DNA of 64,000 nt from an uncultured cyanobacterium (GCA_963706595.1 OY970166.1:2496001-2560000); one strand, 5' to 3'; counted from the stretch's first letter, positions 1-15,736 are shown. Program-made: numbers and translations. Notes: a model not told the origin generated them from the letters alone.

Positions 1-1060
1 TCCGTGTCCGCGACAGTTCCTGCTCACTAATTCCTGTAGTTTGCAAATCATTTAAATGACTAAGAATCAAGTTCTCAACTTGGTCTAAATTTTCAGGCTC
101 CAACCAAGCAGTAATTGTAAATAAACTCGATTCTCGTTGTAGAGAACAATTACTATAAATTCCCTGTACTAATTGCAATTCTTCCCGCAAATCACGCACC
201 AATCGGGAAGTTCGCCCTTCTGACAATAACACCGCCAACAAATCTAAACCATAAGCAGTGTGTAATTGCTCTACTCCTGGTACAACCCACGCCATCATTA
301 AGCGTGCTTGTTCTAGACGTGGTAAACAAATTTCTTGGCGGTGAATTCCAGTAATAACTGGCGCGATGATTTTTTCAGACTGCGGACACTTTAATGGTGC
401 TGCAAAATCAGCAAATGATTTATTTACAAGTTCCCAAGCCGACTCTTGAGCAATTCCTCCCACAACCACCACTGTCATGTTTTCCGGTTGGTAGTGGGCG
501 CGATGAAAACAACGCATGGCATCTGGTGACTGTTGCATTAGTTCTAACTCAGTACCTAGCACCGAACGCCCGTAAGGATGGTTTTGGTAGATGCTGTGAT
601 TCAGGGCTTGAAATCCTATCCAATCGGGGTCATCATTGCAGGAGCGAATTTCTTCCAACACTACATCCCGTTCGCGAATAAATTCATCCTCTGGAATTGC
701 AGCATTAATCAGCAGTTCTCCCAAGTGGGGCAGAGTATCTGCTATGTAAGAACCTGCTGTAGTTAGGGTGTAATGAGCATAATCATAACTTGTCGCTGCA
801 TTACTCACACCGCCCCTGGTTTCAATGTTGTGGTCAAACATTCCCGGCGCTAACTTCGCCGTCCCTTTAAAAATCATGTGTTCTAAAAAATGAGCCATCC
901 CGAACCACGGTTTTGGCTCAAGGGTTGCTCCGGCGCGCACCCAAACATCAGCCACCACGACAGGGGTAGTGGCAATTTCTTGATGAATAAGTGTTAAACC
1001 ATTATCTAGTCGGAGAACCGAAGCTGGAAACACGGTATGCTCTAGTTGTTGTTGTGACAA
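1..1060 (-). CDS. M16 (pitrilysin/insulinase) family zinc peptidase, runs off the window start
   Basis: Manual translation from TTG at 1060 (or GTG at 1033): ...VLRLDNGLTLIHQEIATTPVVVADVWVRAGA...GMAHFLEHMIFKGT, with the inverted HxxEH zinc motif. Absent from the ORF track because its stop lies outside the window. Confidence 0.9.
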   Translation of the reverse strand, partial: MSQQQLEHTVFPASVLRLDNGLTLIHQEIATTPVVVADVWVRAGATLEPKPWFGMAHFLEHMIFKGTAKLAPGMFDHNIETRGGVSNAATSYDYAHYTLTTAGSYIADTLPHLGELLINAAIPEDEFIRERDVVLEEIRSCNDDPDWIGFQALNHSIYQNHPYGRSVLGTELELMQQSPDAMRCFHRAHYQPENMTVVVVGGIAQESAWELVNKSFADFAAPLKCPQSEKIIAPVITGIHRQEICLPRLEQARLMMAWVVPGVEQLHTAYGLDLLAVLLSEGRTSRLVRDLREELQLVQGIYSNCSLQRESSLFTITAWLEPENLDQVENLILSHLNDLQTTGISEQELSRTR

Positions 1061-1164
1061 GTTTTTGTAGCTTTAACCACAATTTAAGACAATTTTTGCT
1101 ATTTTAACTCTGAACAATCACTAAATTAGAATCAACCTATACAAATTTTGTTTTCCTCAACCAT

Positions 1165-1205
1165 AAAAAATTAAAGCCCCCAAGTTTTTGCTAACTTTGG
1201 GAGCT
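1165..1205 (-). terminator. Probable intrinsic terminator of 6S RNA
   Basis: Minus strand AGCTCCCAAAG...CTTGGGGGCT hairpin followed by TTAATTTTTT. Confidence 0.55.
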
Positions 1206-1217
1206 AATAATTTTTAA

Positions 1218-1400
1218 GTTCACCGCAACGCCGTTTTACCTAAGTTTATGACCTGGTTAAACCAGGTGGGTGCCGACTTTCTTCGTTTTAAGTTTCCGGG
1301 TACACGCCCGGTTTACTGCCACGAGACCTGTTAGCTTCCCTTTTCTTTAAAGACATAGATCAAAAAACTTGATGGCAGTCACCAACGTCGTAGTGCAACT
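1218..1400 (-). ncRNA. ssrS: 6S RNA (cyanobacterial 6Sa/SsaA)
   Basis: About 183 nt with complementary ends (GTTGCACTACGACGTT ... AACGGCGTTGCGGTGAAC) and the segment CACCCACCTGGTTTAACCAGGTCATAAACTTAGGTAAAACGG. Lies directly downstream of purK, the known cyanobacterial synteny. Confidence 0.85.
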
Positions 1401-1461
1401 AAAACTTATTATAGCTTTCTAAAACAGGTTCTGTGTTCAGTATGAGAATTTTCTAGTAAAT

Positions 1462-2622
1462 TCAATTGGGATACCAGATAGATTCTATCGTCTGGGCTAT
1501 GGTACTGATGGTATCTCGGTTTTGATGATCGAGTAACACAGTCACGTGTCCTAGTTTGCGCCCAGGACGTGATTCTGTTTTTCCGTACCAGTGAACGAAA
1601 GCTTGGGGAATTGCGGCTAATTTTTGGCGTTGGCTTTGGTAGTCGCTTCCCGAAATTTCATACCCCAGGAGGTTTACCATTACAGCGCTAGCACAATGTA
1701 ACGCGGGATTTCCCAAAGGTAAGCCACAAACGGCTCGCAAGTGTTGCTCAAACTGAGATGTTTCACAAGCGTCTAAGGAAAAATGCCCAGAATTATGGGT
1801 ACGAGGGGCAATTTCATTTACCAGAATTTTCCCGGCGGCGGTGAGAAATAGTTCTATGCCAAACACTCCCACGACTTGCAGGTTATTTAAGAGGGTATGA
1901 GCGATCGCCTCAATTTCAGCCGCTTGATTCGGTGTAATATCAGCTGGTGCAATCACTCGCCGACATACCTGTTCTTCTTGTTGAGTTTCTACCACTGGGT
2001 AAGTCACAACCTCACCTGCTACCGAACGGGCTGCAATTACCGCTAATTCTCGTTCAAAGGGAACAAATTCTTCGATTAAAAACATTCCTTGACTTAAAGC
2101 ATTATTTGTGTTTTGCAAATTTAGCTTTTCCTGCAAATCTGCTAAATCTTTAATAATGAAAGTGCCTTGACCATCATAACCGTGTCGTCGGGATTTTAAA
2201 ACCACAGGAAAACCCAAGACTTCTACTTGAGACGGGAGATTTTCTGGCTGTTCCACCGCGAAAAATCGGGGAACAGGTAATCCCAAATCTTTTAAATAGC
2301 AACGCTGGTCATATTTATCTAAAAGAGGAGTTAAAGCTGCTAACCTTGGTCGAAAGCAAACACCTTGATTTTCTATCAAAGATAAAGACTCTAAATCAAC
2401 AAATTCATTTTCAAAGGTGATGACATCAGTTTTTTGTGCTAGAATCTCTGTGGAGCTAGCATCGTCAACTTTAGCCAAAACAACATCCTGGGCGATCGCC
2501 ACAGCAGGATCATGTACACTAGGAGTTTGCACCACTAATTCTACACCTAACTTTTTAGCTGCATCCCCCATCATCCAGGCCAGTTGACCACCACCAATTA
2601 TACCAACACGCTTCATCGACAT
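1462..2622 (-). CDS. purK: N5-carboxyaminoimidazole ribonucleotide synthase
   Basis: GIIGGGQLA, TFENE, GYDGQG, NEIAPRTHNSGH and RPGRKLGH motifs. Confidence 0.97.
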   Translation of the reverse strand: MSMKRVGIIGGGQLAWMMGDAAKKLGVELVVQTPSVHDPAVAIAQDVVLAKVDDASSTEILAQKTDVITFENEFVDLESLSLIENQGVCFRPRLAALTPLLDKYDQRCYLKDLGLPVPRFFAVEQPENLPSQVEVLGFPVVLKSRRHGYDGQGTFIIKDLADLQEKLNLQNTNNALSQGMFLIEEFVPFERELAVIAARSVAGEVVTYPVVETQQEEQVCRRVIAPADITPNQAAEIEAIAHTLLNNLQVVGVFGIELFLTAAGKILVNEIAPRTHNSGHFSLDACETSQFEQHLRAVCGLPLGNPALHCASAVMVNLLGYEISGSDYQSQRQKLAAIPQAFVHWYGKTESRPGRKLGHVTVLLDHQNRDTISTIAQTIESIWYPN

Positions 2623-3116
2623 CCTAGAGAATAACGAGTTTCTACGCCAGTTTTAGAGTTTACACCACTGGCTTTGCTACACAGTTCTTTAATTTGCACT
2701 CCATCCAAAATTGCATCTGTGAAATCTGCACTGTCTATATTCACATCAGTAAAGGTGGAGCGCAGCAACAGAGCTTCTTTGAAAACGGCATCGCTCAAAT
2801 CAGCCCCTGCGAACTTTACTTGATCCACCATAGCATTAGTTAAATCCGCCCCGTGCAGATTTGCTTGCGTCATTACCGAAGCACTCATAACGGCTCCGCG
2901 CAAATCAGCATCTTCAAAGTTAGCTAATTCCATATTGGCGTTAGAAAACTCAGCCGCTTGTAAACTTTGTCCCGAAAAATCACGTCTGGCTAATTCTGCA
3001 TTGCTAAACGACATGGGATGAGTCCAATCTGCCCAGGCTGGGGAAGCTAGGAACCATACAGTAATTCCCAAAATAAATGCTAATCCTTGCTGAAAAAACA
3101 TCATCACGTAGTTCAT
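2613..3116 (-). CDS. Exported/lumenal pentapeptide repeat protein
   Basis: Signal peptide (..SPAWA), A(D/N)LxxA repeats, C-terminal LC...TGVETRYSLGC. Confidence 0.9.
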   Translation of the reverse strand: MNYVMMFFQQGLAFILGITVWFLASPAWADWTHPMSFSNAELARRDFSGQSLQAAEFSNANMELANFEDADLRGAVMSASVMTQANLHGADLTNAMVDQVKFAGADLSDAVFKEALLLRSTFTDVNIDSADFTDAILDGVQIKELCSKASGVNSKTGVETRYSLGCR

Positions 3117-3389
3117 TAACTAATCTTTGTGTTCAGCTTACCGCATTTCAATGTGGGACTGACCAGCCGAGTACCGCAAGGCGTTCGTCAGGAGGAGATT
3201 ACTGCAAGCCCGGTCTCAGATTAATTTATCGGCTTTTCAACGATTTTAAATGGGTGCTTTATTTACGCCCACCTGTACTAGCCCTGCCATGATGGTTAAA
3301 AATTATACACTTTATTCCTTTAGTAGCGAGCCGATTTATTGACATTTGAAATCACCTTCATCGGTGCATCGGATACTTTTTAGTTTTTC

Positions 3390-3585
3390 TAAGTAAGTCG
3401 GCGAGAAAAATTCAATGTACATGAAGAAATATAAATTGTTCGTAGGGTGTGTTATGCCGTAGGCTAACGCACCTTGAATTGTTGAAACTAAAGCCGAAGT
3501 TTTGACGGTGCGTTGCGCTGCGCAACAACACACCCTACATTAAAAGTTCTTAATATGACTTGAATTATTAGTGCCGACTTACTTA
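3390..3585. mobile_element. MITE-like element containing a GTAG REP-like palindrome pair
   Basis: 13-bp terminal inverted repeat TAAGTAAGTCGGC (3390) / GCCGACTTACTTA (3573). Inner inverted pair GTAGGGTGTGTT..ACGCACC (3442-3473) / GGTGCG..AACACACCCTAC (3507-3538). Confidence 0.7.
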
Positions 3586-3621
3586 CGTTGCCTAATTATA
3601 TTTAGTAACAATTGATATAAT

Positions 3622-6579
3622 TCACTGTTGAATGGGAATTTCGATCACAAATTCTGCACCTGACCCAGGTATGGAATTACAAGATAAATTTCCCCGATGT
3701 TTATCTACTATAATCTGATAACTAATAGATAGCCCTAATCCTGTACCTTTACCCACATCTTTCGTGGTAAAGAAAGGGTCAAATAATTTTGCCCGGATTT
3801 TTTCGGGAATTCCTCGACCATTATCTCCAATCCGGATTGCTACCCTGTTTTTTTTGACAACTTCAGTCATAATATGAATTTGTCTTTGTTCTCTGATCAA
3901 ATCTTCTTCCAAAGCATCAATAGCATTACTTAAAATATTCATAAATACTTGATTTAGTTGCCCTGGATAACATTGAATGGCAGGAACTTGACCATATTGT
4001 TTAATGACTAATATTTCTGGATAATTCGGTTGTAGCTTTCAGGCGGTTTTGGAGAATCATTAAAGTACTATTCAAGACCATCATGGATATTCACCTGTTT
4101 AAATTCGGATTCATCTAAACGCGAGAAATTACGCAGAGATAAAACAATTTCCCGAATTCTGTCAGTGCCTACCTGCATAGAAGTTAAGCAGTTTAATTAA
4201 GTCTTCTTTGAGAAATTCTAGGTCGATAGCTGCAATTTCTGCCTGAATTTCTGCTGGTGGATGGGGAAAGTATAATTGATAGAGTTCTACTAGCCGCAGC
4301 AAGCCTTGAGCATATTCGCCGGCTGGAATGAGATTACCATGAATAAAATTGACTGGATTATTAATTTCATGGGCGATACCCGCAACCATATTACCGAGTG
4401 AGGACATTTTCTCACTGTGAATAAGTTGAGATTGAGTACGTTGCAGTTCGTATAGAGTATTTTCTAGGTTTTGAGTTTGCTGCTGCAATTTGATTTCGGA
4501 TTGTTTGCGTTCTGTAATGTCGCTGGTAATACTTGCCAAACACAAAGGCTCACCAGTGTCAGAACTTTTAACCACAAACACGTTCATTTCAATGGGAATT
4601 GCTTCTTCAGTCTGAAAATGTCGCAAACGATATTCACCTTGCCACATACCATGCTCTATGACAGCAGGTATAATTCGCTGTTCCATTTCTTCTCGGTCTT
4701 CAGGAAGCATATAGTCAAGAAGATTGAATCCTTGGGCAACTTCTAAGCTATCAACACCCACTAGCTTGAGTCCAGCTTCATTAATGAAGAGGCATTGTCC
4801 TTCTAGAGAGGCACAACCAATCAAGTTACTGCTATTTTCAATCAGTGAGACAAACATTTGTCGCTCTTGTTCGGCTTGTTTGCTGTTTGTGATGTCGGTA
4901 GCTGTAACCACAAGCTGATGAATTTGTGCAGCACTGTCAAACAGAGGCGTGATATTCAAGAGCCACCAAGTTTCTTTCTCCTCAGCGCAGCAAAAAGACT
5001 CTTCTATTAATATGCTTTTGCCAGACTGGACACATTGCCGATAATGATCACGATAAGTATTCACCATCTCAACAGGTAGTGCCTCAGCCAAGATTTTGCC
5101 AAGAAACGATTCTAAAGGTACGGGGCTAGTTCTTAACATAGTGGGATTAAATTTGACGTAACGAAATTCTTCCCCATTGTTGATAACGTCTAAAACATAA
5201 ATGCCATAATCTACACTTTCCCAAATACTTTGTAAAAACTGTGCCTGCTCTTGAAGTGTTTCTTCTGCTTGTTTACGGTCACTAATATCAATAAAACAAC
5301 CATGCCAAATGATTTCACTCTCTGCTTGGCGTTCTGGGCGAGCAACCCCCTTGATCCATCTGTACTCACGAAAGGATGCGAAAGTTCGCCACTCATATTC
5401 AAAGTTTTGCAGTGTTTGGGCAGAATGAGCGATCGCTGCCTGCAACCGGTCTAAATCTTCAGGGTGAACATAGTTAAAAGCCAAGGTGGCATCTGTTTGA
5501 ATTTCTTCTGGCTCTAGTTCCAAAATTTCTCGACATCCTGAAGAAACGAAGGGAAAAGACATTGTGCCATCCAGATCAAGACGAAATTCAAAAAGCATAC
5601 CTGGTACATTGTCTGCGATTCGTTGCCACCTTGCTTCAGCTTGACGGAAAGCAGATGTACGCTCTTCAACCCTATTTTCTAGCTCCTCGTTCAGTTTTAT
5701 CAGTTCTGCTCCTTTTTGCTTCATCTCAGTAATATCCATAAGCACTCCACAGAAAATTATCTCTTGTTGCTCATTAGTCATAGGAGTTGAATCTCCTTGC
5801 CACCAAATGATTTCGCCATCAGGCTTCAACAATCGTCCCTCATAATGCCAAGGAGTACAATTTTCTACTACGACTTCTACGGAGGTGAAAAAACTGTCCA
5901 AATCCTCTGGATGTATTCGAGCAAAAAAGTTATTTAAATCCTGCATCATCTCGGCTGCGGTGATACCTGCAAGTTCCCAGATAAAGTCGCTTATATAGTC
6001 CACGCTCCAAATACCGTTACGGTTTGTGAACTGGAAAATCGCCCCAGGCAAATTAGCTGCGATATCTCGGAAACGTCTTTGATTATTTACTAGGGCGATT
6101 TCTGCTTGTTTGCGAGCAGTAATTACTTCTGTGAACATGATAATACCACCGACTTCGCCAAAATCTTGGTACCAAGGATGTATCTCCCATTTCATCCATT
6201 CGGTTTCTCCATTTGCACGCCAGCAAGCATCTTCGTCACATTTTTCAATGGCTCCCGCCAAACAACGTTGATGAATTTCCCGCCAATCCTGGGAAATATC
6301 CGGAAAAACTTCGTAATGCGATCGCCCAATAATATTTTCATTATCTAAGCCGTAATCTTCCCGCCAACGGCGACTCACTAACAGGTATCGCATTTGACAA
6401 TCAAATATGGCGATCGCAGCAGGTGTATACTCTATAAATAAACCCACTTGCTCTGGGCTATATTTGAGGTGATTAGGGTTTACTCGTTGACGCAGTTCTA
6501 TCAGTTCTTGTTGAAGGGATTCATAGGTATTTTTATCGACAGTGATTAGATTACCAGTCATAGTCTCGTATATTTCCAA
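3622..6579 (-). pseudogene. Multi-PAS sensor histidine kinase, frameshifted (ORFs 4162-6579 and 3622-3942)
   Basis: Several PAS/PAC domains and H-box AHEINNP. The kinase continues across three +1 indels (about 4182, 4071, 4025) into NILSNAIDA...GKGTGLGL. May be sequencing error. Confidence 0.85.
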
Positions 6580-6966
6580 CTAAGAGGTTAAAGTTAACTT
6601 CCGTATCTATGTTTCCCATTCTCAAATATAAAATCTCAAATTAACTCAAAATTTATCCGGATTGATGCTAAATAAGTAAGTCTTTGAGCATTGCATTTTG
6701 CCATTTTTAGCTTGCAGAACCAAGAAGGCAGGGAAGACAAGGAGAAAGAAATTTTTTGAATATGGAATTGGGAGAATTTATTTCTGGAAAATAGCTAAAC
6801 TTAGTATCTATTAGAACTATTTTGCCATGAATTTCAGTTTAATTACCGTGATTTATCGGCAAATAATTTGACAAACAATAATGTTTTACAGCAGTTTTTG
6901 TAAAATTATGCAGAATTGATACCAGTGGCACTGAAGTTCACAGGTAATCACATAAGGGTTATTAAT

Positions 6967-7494
6967 ATGGCAAACAAAAAGTATCTTTTACCATTTATAG
7001 TAGTAGCGATCGCAGCTAGCATCAGCAGTTGTAGTTCTACTCCTAGTCCTAATTCCAGCAGTATTGAGAATGAATTACCAGATCCTACCACCATGCCAAG
7101 GGCGGCTCCAAAAACACCTGATGCAACTTCTAGAGTTTCCCCAAATCAAACTGCTAAAGTTACTTTATATATAAGTGATATCCAATGTCAAGAATTGATT
7201 CCGCAACAAGTCCCAGTACCAGCAGCAGAGCCTGTAACAGGTGCAGTAGGTAAAATTATAGAAGAACAAGATACAGCTGACTTTGACTTGTCTGCTTATC
7301 GTGTCACAGTTGAAAATGGCATTGCTACAGTTGATTTACGCCTATCTCCTTTGTCAAAGCGGCAGTTAGTTTCTCTTTCTAGTTGTGAACAGTTTGCTCT
7401 ATTTGGCAGTCTCCGCAAAACTTTAATGAGTAATGCTGAATGGAATATTAAAGAAGTTCGCTTCACTGAGCAAGGGAAGGAAGTAATTCTTTAA
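6967..7494 (+). CDS. GerMN (sporulation/spore germination) domain lipoprotein
   Basis: Lipobox-like ISSC, then ATVDLR...SLSSCEQFALFGSLRKTL. ATG at 6967 preferred over TTG at 6916. Confidence 0.7.
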   Translation: MANKKYLLPFIVVAIAASISSCSSTPSPNSSSIENELPDPTTMPRAAPKTPDATSRVSPNQTAKVTLYISDIQCQELIPQQVPVPAAEPVTGAVGKIIEEQDTADFDLSAYRVTVENGIATVDLRLSPLSKRQLVSLSSCEQFALFGSLRKTLMSNAEWNIKEVRFTEQGKEVIL

Positions 7495-7596
7495 AATGCA
7501 CAGGATACACTGAAGTGGAAATATGATCATCTTCATTACATATTTCTTCTATGACTTTCACATATCGTCTTGCAAAAATATGATTACTATATATGT

Positions 7597-7971
7597 AACC
7601 TACATTCCGCACCTTCAACTGTCACAAGCGGTAATTACTGAAAGAAAAATGTAAGCAAAGAATAAAATCAGACATTTATAGGGAGCAAAGATTTTGAGCA
7701 GTCATTAATCTAACAAAATGGTATCAGAATGTATTGTCAATGAGGAGCAATAAGAACGAGAACTAAATTTATGATGATTTGATAGATAAATGTCTATGCT
7801 AAATCTCTTCAAATTTTTCGTGCTTACATAACTGTCAAATATATTGTTTTTGATGATTTATTTTCATGCTGTAGATTCGTTCAGTACTATGAGCCTTCAT
7901 CATCCTAATTTTTTTGCTTTTCTCTTGATGTAATCTCTTTGTACTTCAATTTGAAGTGCGGAATGCGGGTT
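7597..7971. repeat. Imperfect ~22-bp inverted repeats bounding an AT-rich segment (possible MITE or IS shell)
   Basis: AACCTACATTCCGCACCTTCAA (7597-7618) vs TTGAAGTGCGGAATGCGGGTT (7951-7971). Confidence 0.55.
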
Positions 7972-8066
7972 AACATCACAACAGGATTCTCCATGAATTC
8001 TGTTTTGATTTTCTGATTTCTATTTTGGTTAACAATTAATTTTTCTAAACTTTTTCTAGATTTTCA

Positions 8067-8326
8067 TTATACTTGTGATGGCGATACATCTGCCAAACTG
8101 TAGGCGTTACGAGTCAGCAATATTGAATCCGTTAGTTCAAAAGTTACATCATGCGCTCTACCTAAATGGTAGTACGCGGCTTGACGGAATTCTTTTAGTT
8201 TGGCACATTTCATATTTGCAGATGAGGGTTGGTAGTTCTGCTCTCAGTTTCTGCTAATAGGGGGCTTGTGTTCAATCACACCCCTTATTTTTTTCTTTGA
8301 ATTTGGCTATTTAGTCTAAACTCCAG
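8067..8326 (-). mobile_element. Truncated IS (IS701-like/DDE transposase N-terminus plus probable end)
   Basis: 8213->8067 encodes MKCAKLKEFRQAAYYHLGRAHDVTFELTDSILLTRNAYSLADVSPSQV*, resembling the N-terminus of cyanobacterial DDE transposases. Candidate terminus CTGGAGTTTAGACTAA at 8326-8311. Confidence 0.7.
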
Positions 8327-8349
8327 GAAATAAACCAAGAGAGAAAAAC

Positions 8350-8380
8350 AAAAGCCCCTTCCATGATAGAAGAGGCTTTT
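8350..8380 (-). terminator. rRNA operon terminator
   Basis: AAAAGCCCCTTC...GAAGAGGCTTTT hairpin just downstream of 5S, with a T-run on the minus strand. Confidence 0.75.
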
Positions 8381-8395
8381 ATGTTTGAAAGATAA

Positions 8396-8514
8396 ACCTG
8401 GCATCGAGCTATTTTTGCAGAGGGCTACCCCAAAACTATCGTCGCCGCAGCAGCGTTTCACCTCTGAGTTCGGGAAGGGATCAGTGTGGTTCCACCGCGC
8501 AATAAACACCAGGA
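8396..8514 (-). rRNA. rrf: 5S rRNA
   Basis: TCCTGGTG...CCACACTGATCCCTTCCCGAACTCAGAGGTGAAACG...CCAGG. Confidence 0.97.
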
Positions 8515-8589
8515 AAGAATGGTGGGTCAGAGACCCTGAAGGCTGCACAGTCACGCGAAATAATTAGCAATTCACACAAGCAATGATCT

Positions 8590-11419
<2,830 letters not shown>

Positions 11420-11769
11420 ACTTTTTCATTGGTGTTTTTCTGCAAACTTTTTTTCGTTCTGTTTACTTCTTTCTTTGCACTGATTTTACTCAGCACTCAT
11501 CAAAGAAGCACTCAGGACTCCAATTCGTCTGCCTGCTTTTTTTCGCGTTACTATGCAGTTTTCAAGGTTCTGGCTGGATAACTACCCAGCAGTTCGATTG
11601 TACAAGACAATCAATTGCTGAATTTCTATTCCAATTAAAAATTGAGATGTTTATAAACTGAACCAAAGATACTTTGAAAGCTTTTACCAATTCTCGAACG
11701 ACCTAGGAATGACCAACTCAGTATCTAATGGCAATTTGCTTTCGATGTTTGAGTGGATTCGGTCTCCCT
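11420..11769 (-). other. 16S-23S ITS without tRNA genes; contains boxA
   Basis: About 350 bp; boxA GAACCTTGAAAACTGCATA at about 11552-11570; no tRNA-Ile or tRNA-Ala sequence. Confidence 0.9.
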
Positions 11770-13259
<1,490 letters not shown>

Positions 13260-13441
13260 TGTTGTGCTTAGAGTTTTATCCGAAACAACAAGTTGTTTCA
13301 TAATCCTGTGAATTTTTTTGATTAACGTTTGGGTTTTCTTCCCAAACTAAATCTTCTTGACGAGGATTGGTTCTTATTTAGCTTTCAAAGTATTTTGTTT
13401 TCACGGTTCAGGTGTTGCGGCTCTCGCCTTGGCACTTATTT

Positions 13442-13470
13442 AAGATAACAAGTCTATTTGGTTTCGTCAA
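13442..13470 (-). promoter_or_regulatory. Sigma70-type rRNA promoter
   Basis: TTGACG-17 bp-TATCTT on the minus strand; leader boxA-like GAACCGTGAAAAC at about 13397-13409. Confidence 0.75.
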
Positions 13471-14015
13471 GGGGTTGAGGAAAGTTTTTTTGAGAAGGGG
13501 AAGGAAATTGACTCTAAGCCTTTTGTGATAAGTGTTTAGCGTAATTCTGCTATCTGGATGAAGGCACATCAGAGTTGTGGGCTACCGATGGTTGAGTCTT
13601 TGTTTGTAGTGGAAGCTTCGCAGTAAGTGGGGCTGGGGGCGAATAGCCTGTTTGAATTTTGCTATATATATTATTGCTTCAACTACCATAGCTTTCTGAA
13701 TCTCATGTCTTTATGAGCCTGTGGATAGAGGCGGTAAGCTAACTCTACACAATGACTTGTCAACACTTTGGTTTGACTTGGTTTAACCCAAGCTACCAAA
13801 GATTAACTGATATGGGGACATGGCGATCGCAACCTATATCCTATATATAGATAAGTAGGCACGGATATTCATAACTATGTCAATACTGAAGAAGTCGAGC
13901 AGCGAGAGCAACGTAGCGTCAAAAATTCAAGGTGGGTTACGCTATCGCTAACCCCGATTAAGCTTAATTTATAGCTTGGAGCAGGGAGATTGCAAGGTCA
14001 GTAGAAAGTCTTTAC

Positions 14016-14615
14016 TCATCCCTCTATATATAAGTCCACAAATTTAATCACATCTACCAGCCCTTGTTGAGTCTTCAAATTTGTAAAAATAAAAGGTTTT
14101 TCACCGCGCATTTTCTGCGTATCCTGTTTCATTAAACCTAAATCTGCACCAACATAGGGCGCAAGGTCAATTTTATTAATCACCAGCAAGTCAGATTTAG
14201 TGATACCGGGGCCACCTTTGCGGGGAATTTTATCACCAGCCGCCACGTCGATGACGTAAATTGTTAAATCTACCAATTCGGGACTAAAAGTAGCTGCTAA
14301 ATTATCGCCACCACTTTCCAAAAATACTATATCTAAATCAATAAATTGGTGTTCTAATTGTTCAATAGCAGCCAAATTCATGGAAGCATCTTCGCGAATA
14401 GCTGTGTGAGGACAACCGCCAGTTTCCACTCCCAAAATGCGATCGCTTGTCAAGGCCTGAGAACGTACTAAAAACTGAGCGTCCTCTTGGGTATAAATAT
14501 CATTGGTAACAACAGCAATTTGATACTGCTCACGCAAAGCTTTACACAAAGCATCGACTAAAGCTGTCTTTCCTGAACCCACCGGGCCAGCTACCCCTAC
14601 ACGCAATGCACTCAT
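14016..14615 (-). CDS. ureG: Urease accessory GTPase UreG
   Basis: [18 protein letters not shown] and NKID motifs; start at MSALRVG (14615). Confidence 0.97.
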   Translation of the reverse strand: MSALRVGVAGPVGSGKTALVDALCKALREQYQIAVVTNDIYTQEDAQFLVRSQALTSDRILGVETGGCPHTAIREDASMNLAAIEQLEHQFIDLDIVFLESGGDNLAATFSPELVDLTIYVIDVAAGDKIPRKGGPGITKSDLLVINKIDLAPYVGADLGLMKQDTQKMRGEKPFIFTNLKTQQGLVDVIKFVDLYIEG

Positions 14616-14625
14616 TTTGCTGTAT

Positions 14626-15315
14626 CTAACTCCTAAACAACCTTGTATACTGGGTTTCATGCTGCATACTTGCTAAGGACAAACCCCAACTACAACAGAT
14701 GAGTTCGTCATCTTCCAAAGCTAGTATTTCTGCTACATCGGTGCTAATTAATGGTTGTAACTCTAGTAATAACTCTTGTCCTGCGGTTTGACCAAGGGGA
14801 ATGAGTTTGATTCCAGCCGTAATCAAGTTAGTTGCCCAACTATGCAGATATCCCAGTAAAGCAGCTTGAATATCAATTTGCCAATGAGCAACAGCAATAC
14901 CAAAAGCGATCGCATAATTGCCAGGATTACCCACTGCATTTACTAAAGGTATAATCTCTGGTTGTAGTTTACCAAGTAATTGGGTAAGCGATCGCCCCAT
15001 CTGCCAACTAGATGCTCGTAATTCTTGACTTTCCCTCGTAGCAGATAACCACATATTCCACCGACATAAACTTGAAATATCGCCTATAGTTGCCGATTTT
15101 GCGGATCTTACCATTACCGCCGCATCTAACCGAACTGCCCCATAATGTAATTCAGCTTCTAACCAATGTTTGAGGCTGTTTTGATCGGAAATAATGCCCT
15201 TTTCTACTAGCATTTCTAAGCCTTCAGAATAGCTATATGCTCCCACAGGCAAGCCAGGACTCGCTAACTGCAATATGTATAAAAAATTCGTATTATTAAG
15301 GGTGATGGTGTCCAT
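14626..15315 (-). CDS. ureF: Urease accessory protein UreF
   Basis: [14 protein letters not shown]-terminal [11 protein letters not shown]. Confidence 0.96.
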   Translation of the reverse strand: MDTITLNNTNFLYILQLASPGLPVGAYSYSEGLEMLVEKGIISDQNSLKHWLEAELHYGAVRLDAAVMVRSAKSATIGDISSLCRWNMWLSATRESQELRASSWQMGRSLTQLLGKLQPEIIPLVNAVGNPGNYAIAFGIAVAHWQIDIQAALLGYLHSWATNLITAGIKLIPLGQTAGQELLLELQPLISTDVAEILALEDDELICCSWGLSLASMQHETQYTRLFRS

Positions 15316-15736
15316 AAGCGCCTAATTCTGGCTGAAATGGTAAGGTTTCCTCTGTAATTTCTAGTCCCAGTTGTTCTAGCATTGTGCGTAAAACTGAATC
15401 TGGTAATAAGCGTACATAGCTAGAGGTAATTTCTACGGGTACGTGGCGATTTCCCAAATGGTATGCGGCGCGCATTAATAACAGAGGTGTTTGAGCAAAA
15501 ACTGTTAACACTGTTTCTGGTTTGGCAGTAATTCTAATTAAATTGCTATTGGTTTCGTCTTGTAAAATATCACCATCTCGCAGTAAAGTTCCTCTGGGTA
15601 AACGCAAAAATACAACTTTGCCATCTGCGGTTTCAAAGCGATGACGGCTGCGGGTGCGTTCTTCTGCTGTGAGTGCTAGGGTGAAAGTGACGGCAACACC
15701 AGGATTAGGCGGTTGACGTTGGGTTAAAGTCAGCAT
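15296..15736 (-). CDS. ureE: Urease accessory nickel chaperone UreE
   Basis: [16 protein letters not shown], His-rich tail. Confidence 0.96.
   Translation of the reverse strand: MLTLTQRQPPNPGVAVTFTLALTAEERTRSRHRFETADGKVVFLRLPRGTLLRDGDILQDETNSNLIRITAKPETVLTVFAQTPLLLMRAAYHLGNRHVPVEITSSYVRLLPDSVLRTMLEQLGLEITEETLPFQPELGAYGHHHP

Noticed and set aside
3141..3220. Purine-related riboswitch (ZTP/PRPP) or SRP RNA upstream of purK
   Set aside because: The consensus core motifs of these RNAs were not found, so it is kept only as an unclassified candidate.
14016..15736. ureEFG without ureABCD as an anomaly
   Set aside because: Split urease loci are common in cyanobacteria, and the structural genes are probably elsewhere.
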